From Podarcis muralis (lineage: Eukaryota), in contig NC_135657.1 of NCBI RefSeq assembly GCF_964188315.1, forward strand, positions 83,328,001 to 83,392,000: 64,000 bases of DNA, given 5' to 3'. Shown here piece by piece: positions 11,453-21,800 of the stretch. Numbering within the stretch: the stretch's first letter is position 1; every line of letters begins with the position of its first letter. The position numbers and the translations under genes are program-made. The notes below the pieces were generated by a model. It searched no databases. It had not been told where the DNA came from and worked only from the letters and a program-made list of their open reading frames with translations.

Positions 11453-11699
11453 TGTTAAGTTGTGGGTGAACATATCAGACGACACAGCGATTCTTCAAAC
11501 AGCTCTTGTTTATTCACAGGCCAGGACAGAACTGAACTGAAGGGTTCAGTCAGCCTGTTTATATAGAGCTCCAGTACAACGTTACTGTAACAACTTTCTA
11601 AAACTATCCAATCACTGAACGTCACTTTCGATCCCTTATTTGCATAACTATCTACAGTATCCCCCTGCTGGCCCAGGGTGAGAACTTCAGTACATAACA
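11453..11699 (-). mobile_element. Solo LTR, 247 bp
   Basis: Minus strand TGTTA…TAACA ends, TATATAAA (11558-11565), AATAAA (11509-11514), flanks GGCAT/GGCCT (4/5 TSD). Confidence 0.82.
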
Positions 11700-12651
11700 G
11701 GCCTGGCCACTCAAATGGTGTGAGTGCACAGCATCATGCGATTGATTATGCAGGGTGGGGCTTACATGGGCCCCCCAATATTTTATTCAAGCTGGCAGCC
11801 CCTGCTGATGTCCTCATGTTGAGTGCAAACATCCAAAGAGGAACTTCTGCAAGTGAGTTCATGGAGCGGTTGCTAATCTGTAGCTGCTCCATAGGAACAG
11901 GAGGACACCCATGCAGTTGTGATCCAGAGGCCTTCTGGTGTATATTTGGGGGAGGCTAGCTCCTCCACATGATGTTGGAGGTGAGGCCAGTGGTGTGGTC
12001 TTGCTTGTGGTTCTACACATGGGCACACTTCACACAAGTAGCACATGCAGAGGGTTCTGTTCTCCGTTACATCTTGTCATCCTAGAAGTGAGTTTGGTGA
12101 AAATTATTGACTGCAACCTGAGCCCATTCCAGAGAACTTAAATATAAAAACAGTGAGTTGGGTGGGCTGTAGCCACTCTCAAGAAATGTCTTATGGTCTC
12201 AATTTGTGGCTTATATTTCTTAATAATCATGTTTATGTAAAACATATTTTTAAAATACAAAGCACTGTTTTAACTGGGAAAAGAGTTCACTTGGTTTATT
12301 TTTAGCCTCACATTGCAAAAGGGCTCTTGCGTTGACTGAGAAAACCCAATGGACTGGTGACCACAAAGAACAATGACAAATAAAGCAATTCATCTGCAGG
12401 CACCCCCAGTTGCTTGTTGTGAATTCCCATTGTTTGCAAATATTCTTGTTTTGGAAAAGAGAAAGTGCATTTATAGAGACCCCTGAGCCCAAGATACTCT
12501 AATGCATCAAGTTGTTTACATTACTCATGTTTCAAAAGGAAGCCTTGATATGTTCCCTGCATGTAGGTCAATTCAGGCAGTGGTCACAGGATGCCTCCTT
12601 CAAAGTTTTACTATGCAGCACTTGTAACAATTCTGCATAATGTTGCACGCA

Positions 12652-12772
12652 CATAGAATCATAGAACTGTACAGTTGAAAGGGACCACAAGGGTCATCAA
12701 GTCCAACCCCCTGCAATACAGGAATCTTTTGCCCAATGTGGGACTTGAACCCACGACCCCGAGATTGAGCTA
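12652..12772 (-). mobile_element. tRNA-Lys-derived SINE with CR1-type tail, internally deleted
   Basis: Reverse complement of the 45774 family (CATAGAATCATAGAA…GTCCAACCCC…GAACCCACGACCCCGAGATT). Confidence 0.7.
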
Positions 12773-12774
12773 TA

Positions 12775-13152
12775 GGGACGCGGGCGGCATTGTGGTCTAA
12801 ACCACTGAGCCTCTTGGGCTTGCCAATTAGAAGGTCGGCGGTTCGAATCCCTGCGATGGTGTGAGCTCTCGTTGCTCAGTCCCAGCTCCTGCCAACCTAG
12901 CAGTTCGAAAGCACACCAAAAGTGCAAGTATATAAATAGATACCGCTCCAGTGGGAAGGTAAACAGCATTTCTGTGCGCTACTCTGGTTTTGGTGTTCCG
13001 TTCTACCAGAAACGGCTTAGTCATGCTGGCCACATGACCCAGAAAAACTGTCTGCGGACAAACGCCTGCTCCTTTGGCCTGTAAAGTGAGATGAGTGCCA
13101 CAACCCCAGAGTTGTCTGCGACTGGACTTAACCATCAAGGGTCTTTTACCTT
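12775..13152 (+). mobile_element. Sauria SINE
   Basis: Same head, body and TTTTACCTTT tail; shares the GTCTGCGGACA segment with the 4083 copy. Confidence 0.88.
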
Positions 13153-15721
13153 TTTATGCTCTCTATATGATCACAGCTGGTACAATAAGACTGCACCAGC
13201 TTTTTGTACTGACCAGTACAGTGTAGTGGTTAGAGTGTCAGACTAGGACAGAGTTCAAATCTCTGCAAACAGACCACAATACCAATTATATCATTCCAAG
13301 AATCTGCAAGATTATTGCTCAACCATAACTGTGCTCTCTATGTCTGATGTGGAGTGCTGATTCACCATTCAGCATAACAACCATGAATGTGCAGTTCCTC
13401 GTATTCAAGCTGTGAGTACGCCTGATTGCAAAAAGTTCAAGAAGTGCATTCGCCCGCGTGCTACAAAAGAAATGATTGATAAAAAGCTCTACTGGAAAGT
13501 AGGGGGACCAAAAAAGCCATTGCAACTTCCCTCAGATGCCTTCAAACTGAAAACATGATTGGTTGAAAGAGTCCAGGAAAATCATTTACGAAAGCATTCC
13601 CAAGTAAGCAAGTGTGGAACATCTGAATCAAATTCCATTATGGTTTCCAAATGTCTGCCTCATAAGCGAGAAATATCGAGGTTTCAAGACCCCCCTCTTT
13701 CATGGAAATGACTATTTCCCCTAATTTAACAACATTTAGCAATATTTTCAGAATGAAATCATTCTCATTAAAAACATTCTATGGTGACCCAAACAAAGCA
13801 ATGTCACATGTTCACAACGAATCATTCCAGTTCTATGTATGGAATAAACTCTGTGATACTTAATAAAATTATACATTGTATGACTGTCAAAGCAGGTAAT
13901 GCGGGAAATCGGTGACCAGATCTGCAATCAGTGAAGCCCTAGTTCAGGGGTCTTGGGTTCAGTAGATCCCAAGTTGCTAGGCTCAGGCTCAGTGGTGTCA
14001 GGGTCGAGATCCAGCACTTCTACAAGTCATGCTGTTGTGTTTTCCCTGTTGCCCTCCTTCTAAAATACCAACAATGAAACAAGCAGGTCCACAGTAATAT
14101 ACAACTGGTCAAAAAGTGCAAAATTAAAACAGTTAAAAACAAGCTCATTGGTACAAAATAATCAACACCAATGTTAAACCACTGAAAAACCAATGAATTA
14201 CATTAATAAATGGGAAAATGCAGTAAAAAAAGTTCATTTTTATAAGGCAAATGATACTTGGTAGCATAATGGTAGCTGTGACCACCAGTTTTCAGAACCT
14301 TTTGCTCTACATATGTTCTCACAGAATAAAAAAGAGCGACTTTATCCCTGCCACATCTTCACCCAACCCACCGCTGAACATGGCCATTCAATGTTCACAA
14401 GCCTGTTTTCTCCAAAAATGTGTAGCAATAAAATATTATGAATTCATCTAATGGTCTGAACCCCTAGAACATACTTTTAAAATTTATGTGCACATTCTCT
14501 ACTGAGAGCTTGGGAAGAAGTGTAGATACAACCTCTGATACTTTCTCCCACATGGAAAAATGTATTTAGAGGCTAAAAATTACATCAGAACTGGGCCTTT
14601 TTGGAGGTATATAACACAGCTGGCGGGAGAGCATTACTGTTGCCACACAGGTGCTAAGAAGAAGCAGCAGCAAAACCCTGAGAACTGACCACCACCCATC
14701 TGCAAGCTGCAAAGCAAAGTATCGGTCCCCCAGTGAGCTTCTGTAATTCCTGTATTCCCAGGTTTGAGGGTGGAAAAATAGACGCTCTAATTAAGTCCAG
14801 CTTTGCTTCAAATGCTGCAGTGTAATTAAGCCAGGAATCCTCTCTTCTTTGCCCCAAATAGCTGTCTTCTGGCTCCTGTCTGTTTCTGAATGGCAGGCCA
14901 GGGCCAAATCTAAAAGTGAGCCCATTATATTTCTGAACAGCACACACAGCATTTGTTGAAAAACGAAAAACAAGCCAACAATTGTGTTAGGTTGTTTTTA
15001 GTTTAGTTTAATTTGTGTCTCTTCCACTTGCTGCTCTCCCAGCAGAAGGTGGAGTAGCCAGACAAGGAGCGGAGTGGAAAGAAATGGTTTTGTATTTTTT
15101 TTTAAAAAAAAAATTATTTAAAGGCACTGCAGATGCAGAGGCAACTCGTTACCAGCTGATTTGATTAAAGCTCGTTATTTTTCGTAATAAAGACCGAATA
15201 GGACAATGAAACAACCTCTGTGCCACATTCCTTTGCAAACTTATTTCCATAATCACAGTTCAGTTACATTGACAAGCAATAAAACGGAGGAAAACTATAA
15301 TTTTGAAATATTGAAGCTGCAAGACAACACCAAACACTCGCCATCCCGCAAACAGCTTAAAAACAGTTTCTAATCAAAAACAGATTAATAACTGATTAAA
15401 ACATAATGTTTAAGGCAGATTCTAGCATGCTTAAAGAGTCTCAACTTGCAAGGTTCTTTTCTAGGCAGAGCAGATGAAGGCTGGGTTCACACATGCCTAT
15501 GCTCAGTACCCAATGACTGCACCATCACATTAAGACTTGTGTTTTCTCAAGCACCTTTCTGGGTTTCTGTGGAGTCAGATTGCACATTTGGCCACAAACC
15601 AACAAGAGATGAGTAACTGTGATAATGAGGCATCATGAGTGAATCAGAAGCTGTTGTCTATTTTAGCTTCTTTTCCCTTGATGCTCTCTCTGTGGCATAC
15701 TGTGAGTTTTCTAAACCTATA

Positions 15722-16226
15722 CAGTGGTACCTCTGGTTACATATGCTTCAGGTTACATACGCGTCAGGTTACAGACTCTGCTAACCCAGAAATAGTACCT
15801 CAGGTTAAGAACTTTGCTTCAGGATGAGAACAGAAATTGTGCTCCGGTGGCGCTGCAGCAGCAGGAGGCCCCATTAGCTAAAGTGGTGCTTCAGGTCAAG
15901 AACAGTTTCAGGTTAAGTACGGACCTCCAGAACGAATTACCATATTTTTTGCTCTATAAGACTCACCTTTTCCCTCCTAAAAAGTAAGGGGAAATGTGTG
16001 TGCGTCTTGTGGAGCGAATGCAGGCTGCACAGCTATCCCAGAAGCCAGAACAGCAAGAGGGATTGCTGCTTTCACTGCGCAGCGATCCCTCTTGCTGTTC
16101 TGGTTTCTGAGATTCAGAATTTTTTTTTTTTCTTGTTTTCCTCCTCCAAAAACTAGGTGTGTCTTGTGGTCTGGTGCGTCTTATAGAGCGAAAAATACGG
16201 TAAGTGCTTAACCCGAGGTACCACTG
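15722..16226. mobile_element. Tc1/mariner-superfamily MITE (TIR CAGTGGTACCTC), interrupted by a second MITE
   Basis: TA flanks, TIRs; collinear with the intact copy at 48621-48862 once 15940-16202 is removed. Confidence 0.88.
15940..16200. mobile_element. Nested Tc1/mariner (pogo/Tigger-like) MITE, 261 bp
   Basis: 28-bp TIR CCATATTTTTTGCTCTATAAGACTCACC vs CCGTATTTTTCGCTCTATAAGACGCACC (3 mismatches); TA duplicated at 15938-39 and 16201-02. Confidence 0.85.
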
Positions 16227-16879
16227 TACATTTCTTCCTCTCATAACAGGTAGGGTTTTTTCAGGGGTTTTGGAGTTTGTTTTGTTAGCTTCTTGCAAAA
16301 TAGGCTAGTGTAGGCCAACTAGTACAGACATTTTTTTAAGGGCCTGATCTAAACTCAAAAACTTTCAAACTTGTGTCTGATAAGCAAAACCTTAGGATTT
16401 CCCTTGGAGCTCTTGGGGATTGCAGAAGACAGTGGGGCATGTTCAACAGTGCAGAGTCACTGCTCCCATAACAGAAAATCTTGTCTGCTGTTACCGAAGA
16501 GTCCGTGATAAGCTTCCAAGGAACCCTGGAGTTTTAGGCCAGGATAATAGATTATGTCCTCTGTACCAACTAAACATAAAATTCTCCCCACTTAGCATAA
16601 TGTCACAGGCAACCATTTACTGCCACATGCACCCTGTGGTAAACTACCATAATGTCAGTTGTCATATGTGCCATCCTAAAACTGCTACATGAATTACTGG
16701 CAGGAATGTTGCTGCCGGTGCTTTGAGCTGCATATTGTAAACTTTTCTGAAAGGCATGCATTTATATTTTAGCTTTTGTTTATACGAGTGTTTCTAAACT
16801 GCCAACTCATTAAAAATTTCATGGTAGAGTAAAATAAAATCATTAGAACATCATAAATCTACAAAATCAGACAATAAGC

Positions 16880-18190
16880 TATATCATGAAATTAAGAAAA
16901 AACATTGATAGGTTTTTTGAGATGGGAAAGATGTCAGCTATTAATATTACTATGCTTCCCCAAGTACTATTTTTCTTTCAAAATATACCGTTAAGAATTA
17001 AACATGAAATTATAACTAAGCGGCAAAGGTTAGCGTTAGTTTTCCTATGGGAAGAAAGGCAGGATTGCTGCTAAGATATTATACAAACCACTTGAAAGAG
17101 ACATTGCTTTCCCATGCTTTAATTGGTACTACCACACAACCAGGTTATCTCATTTAAAATCATGGTTCCATATCGGATAAAGACAGAACAGATGGAATTG
17201 ACAATGGAGTTTTTAAAAATGCATTGTGGCATTGGACCAAAGGGACCCGAGAGCTATTCAAAGCAAAAGTCTTTATGAAGTCTGGCATAGATGCAGACGT
17301 AAACTGAGCTCAAGTCTCTCACCAGTTCCTATAATTTGTTATAATGAAGAATTGAAAGAGAAAAGATGGCTGGCAAATACCGAGAATATGAGAAGTTTGT
17401 GGTGTAATAGAATGTGTAAGATTAATGGGCAGTGACCTAAAAAAACCACCTATAATGAAATTATGAGGAAAATGGGCAACTAGAGTGTTGGAGTTCCTCA
17501 GCACCTGCAAGTTATAATTCTAACATTTACAGTTAGATACATCTTGTTAAGAGAATCTATCAGATTTGAAAGTTGATGTCTAAAAATCCAGTCAACCATA
17601 GTTAAGATCTAAAGAATATTGGCATATCTGGAATCCTCCAATAATTTAGATCAAATGGGAAACTGATTTTAGAAAAGTAATCTCGCATAATCCATGGGCT
17701 GGATTATGGGTGTATATCTTGCAATCAACTCTTTATTATAAGGATAAAGAAGACTGATCTTTTGATGGTATTTTGACTGCAAAGGCTGAGTCAAAAAATT
17801 CTCACCTGGTAAAGAGATGCTGGAGGTATACCTCCATTAGAGATAACATATAACACATATTGATCATGCTCCGAAATTAAGCAATTTTGGGTCTCAGCTG
17901 CAAATAAAACATTTTAAATGTGTTGTAAAGTGCAATATACAAATGTGACACTGGATGGCAAAATTCAATGTATTTTTCAAAATGTTTCTTAAAGAAGCAT
18001 TTTCACAGCATTTTTTATATGTGTGTAGATTCCACCTAGGTCTGCTGGTGGTCTTACTGGGGTTTATGTAGGGCAAGATTTTACCTGAGGATGTGACTAT
18101 GGTGACTCATATTTAATAGCAGCTTGGTTGGTTGGTTGGTTGGTTGGTTGGTTGTTAGTTATAAATGGAAGATTTTTTAAAGAATGTTTT
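16880..18190 (+). mobile_element. L1-clade LINE ORF2 3' remnant, frameshifted
   Basis: GKMSAINITMLPQVLFFFQNIPL resembles L1/Tx1 GRIxxIKMxxLPKxLYLFQxLPI; degenerate CWR…H…C knuckle near 17810-17890; (TGGT)n near the 3' end. Confidence 0.7.
18124..18153. repeat. (TGGT)n microsatellite
   Basis: Direct reading. Confidence 0.9.
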
Positions 18191-18354
18191 CAGAGCAGCA
18201 TAGGAAGGACTGCAGTGGCTCCCAAGCCACTAAGAGCCAGACTAGATGCAAAATCAAAGGTCCATGATCAGATATCCTGACCTTCTTTCTTCTGTTTAAA
18301 CAGCCCACTGGGGATTGGATTGGGGCTGCAGTGCTGGAGGAATAGGGGTTGGTT

Positions 18355-18800
18355 CCTCATGCTATCTGTCAGAAACTGTTTAGCCAGAATCTCCTTTCTT
18401 GTAATGTGAAGCCACTGGTTCAAGTCCTACCCTACCCTCCAGAGCAGGAGAAAACAAGCTTGTTCCTGTTATGTACTGAAGTTCTCACCCTGGGCCAGCA
18501 GGGGGATACTGTAGATAGTTTTCACGCAGGTCCACATCAGTTATTTTAGGTGGGAAACCCTGGGTTGTTGTTGCTACAATGTTGACAGCCGGCTGCCTAT
18601 AAAAGCAGGCCAGCTGAGCTGTTTGCTGTTCAGTTCTGTCCAGCTTACAAATAAAGAGCTGCTCTGGAGAAATTGCTGTGTCGTCTGCTATGTTCGCCCA
18701 CAACCTAACAGTTCCTGCTTTCATTTGACAGCCCTTGAGATATTTGAAAATGTCTACCGTATCTCCTTGCAGTCTCCTCTTTTCCAGGCTAACTCATAGT
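18355..18800 (-). mobile_element. CR1 LINE fragment interrupted by the solo LTR
   Basis: …GAATCTCCTTTCTTGTAAT…GCAGGAGAAAACAAGCTTGTTCC|LTR|TGCTTTCATTTGACAGCCCTTGAGATATTTGAA… reads as contiguous antisense CR1. Confidence 0.65.
18467..18710 (+). mobile_element. Solo LTR, 244 bp, same family as 11453-11699
   Basis: TGTTA…TAACA ends, TATAAAA and AATAAA, perfect 5-bp TSD GTTCC (18462-18466, 18711-18715). Confidence 0.88.
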
Positions 18801-21800
18801 TGCTATTAATCCCTGGGCTGGAGGGAGATAGGTACACCTATTCTTCTTGTTTTTCCCTCTTTCACAGCTAACCTTATGTGGCACAGGCAACTTATGTAAG
18901 TTAAGGAAATGGCAAGGATAGGGATAACCTCCTCTCCTTCAGTACTGTGGCCCAAATCCAGGCAATCCAATCATGCTCTCCCATGTCACCTCTGATTTGG
19001 CCCCAACTCTAGCATGACATTGAAATAGGTCCTGCCTCAAAATAAGCCATGACTATAGGTGAAAATTGAGCCTCTATGGATATGTGTATCAAGCTCATGG
19101 GAGAGCTACTGCAAGACATGGATGAGACATTTGCTTTTGTTACGTTGTCCACAAAACATTCCAGCATTCCAGCTTCATTTACTCAGCTGTAAGCCATAAC
19201 GGAGAAACAGAGCCCATGAGCTGACTTGCCTCGTTTCTCATCAGTGCTAATGTTTCCATATGTCCCAGCTTATGTAAGAATTTAACCCTGATATCCGTGC
19301 TAGATAGAACCAGGAATACAGCTTTTACAGCTCAAAGCTAGAGCTGCTTCATCTGCTGGACTGGGCTCGAGGGAGTGTTGATAAAGACTCTGGAACTCAG
19401 AAGAATGCCAGGTTCTTCTGAAGGTCAACTGACATTAGACAATTTAGGTTATGTCACAGGATACTAAAATTGTGATAGGCTTTCAAGGGTCATCACAACC
19501 CCCTGAGTCAGGAAAGATGTAGTAAAGCTCAAGATTAAATAACTGCTAAGTGGCAGATGTTTATCCAACCTATTCTGTAAAATCCCAGAGGTGATGCACT
19601 CCACATCGATATGTTTTTATGATTTCCTCCATCTCTTAGGACTAGTTCTCCCAGATAGCTGGTGCAACAGCCTCTCTTCTACAAACAGTTCATGTATAAG
19701 GAAGACTAATCTCTTCTGCATGCAGGAGTCTACTTTGCATTGTTAATTGCACACATACTTTATGGAATGGTATGCACATCAAAATACAGGCATTCACAAG
19801 CAGCGGGTTTTTTTTAATCTGCCACTTGCAACTGTCCTGTGCTATTGTTGTTGTTTTACCTTTCCTAAATATCCTCAGCTTTAGCCTAGCAACAAACTTG
19901 AAAAAATTATAATGGGTCATAGTATAATTCTAGCATCAGTACCTTTAGAGCAGTAGCTCAGCAGTGGAATGTCCTGGGATACTGCCATGTTCTCCCTCCT
20001 GGTTTCTCAGTATTGCCATTTCTGTGGTCAGCTTTGTATCCATTCATTATTTTCCATAGAATTCACCTGCTTCTCCTATGAAGGAAGCAGAAGGGAATCA
20101 CTTGCAGGTGGTATAGTTCCCATTTGTAGATGAGCAGGTGAATGAGTCTCTGAAGTTAAAGGTGGTGTTATTCTTTGCAAGACCAGCTTTTTAAAAATAG
20201 GAGGGCCTATCCAGACATCTGGAAGTTTCATGTGTTTTATTTCTTTTTAGCTGCTGTTGATTTTGATGAGCTTTGGAATGTTTTTAAATACCTACTTTTA
20301 TGTGTGTTTTTTAATTGAGAATTTTAATGTTTTGTTGTATGTTTTCGCAAACCACTTGGGAAGTTTTCTTACGATCAAGAAATAAATAGATTTTGTTAAA
20401 TATGAATAAACAAATCCTGCAACAGCTTTGCCTGGGTAGATGTAGCTACAGACATCTGGATTTGTTGCAGAGCCTGGTCCCTGTGTTTTGTGTTGTGTTA
20501 TGTCTCTGTTGTATGGCCAGTTGTTGCTGCTAGTGCACTGCTGTTTTACATTAGGGGCGGTCTGTAAGCAGGGACAGAACTACCACTGAAGACCAGAAAG
20601 GATCAGCTATGGATCATTGATAATACATTGGAATTGTATTCACTGAAAGTTATAGGTGACACAAGGGGTATATTCTGTCACATCCATAGGAGATTATTCC
20701 TATATACCAGTCAGACCTTGTTAATAGTAGCCTTTTTACTTCATTGAGTGGTATTGACATTTAAGGAATGCCTGATGAAAATCTTGCATGTGAGGCCCTG
20801 TCCAAGAAACTAGAATAAACACAGTTGTATCTTAGGGTTTGGCTACAGGCAACGGCTCTTGTTATACTTTCTAGAATGCTAGAGGCATCTCAGTGTGTAT
20901 ATGGTGCTGATTCTATATTCATTGTGCATAAGTTGCTGCTTATCAGTCCAATGTGCAGATGCACATTGATGTCCAAAAAGTGAATTGTTGCATGGACTGG
21001 TCCAGGCTGAAGTTGGTGGTGAAGTGGTAGTTGTTGACGTCCTTCTGGAATTTCTCAAATATTTCCTAACCCTATGTTCCACGTTACTAAGATGTCATAT
21101 ATAAATCTCAGGCAGAGGAAAGGGTTTGAGCAGCAGCAGTGGAAGCATTAGTCTAGCCTAACCTAACAAGAAGGTGCACAGAACTGAAGTGTCTAGCAGC
21201 ATAAATATGTGGAGTCTAGTGAATCACAGACTGATCATGAGTCAGTAAAGCTTCCCCCTACCCTATCCTCTTTTTAATGCATCACATTTGTGACTGCTGG
21301 GTTTTATTCATGGTGCTTAGACACAGTCCTCATAACTCAGTAAAAACATTCTGCCTTCCAAGCCTGTCCTCACAGCTGTTTCCATGTCCTTCCTGTTTGG
21401 TTGCACACATGTCAAAACACCCATTTCGCATTGGGGAATAATATGATTCAAACCGATACAAGTAAACTAGAGCAATGCTCCCATACTTCAACAAGAAACA
21501 GACATTTATTTTCTGTTGGATGAGTATAAATTGACCCAAGAGTGACAACAATGTTGTTTTGCAAGGACATGAGTTTTCTATAATAATGCTCCAAGTACCT
21601 GGAAGTTTGCTCTGGACGGGGCAGGAGAGATGCCGCTGGAAAGCTAAGAGGGAATGAAGGCAATTGGCTTTGTCTGGAGAATTTGCAACTTTTCACTTGC
21701 AAGAAAGGCCCCCCCAAATGCCTCTTCTCTGTAGGAACTGCTTAGGGCACAGACTGGGAACCTGTGGCTCTCTAGATGTTGTTGGGAGTCCAGTTCCCAT

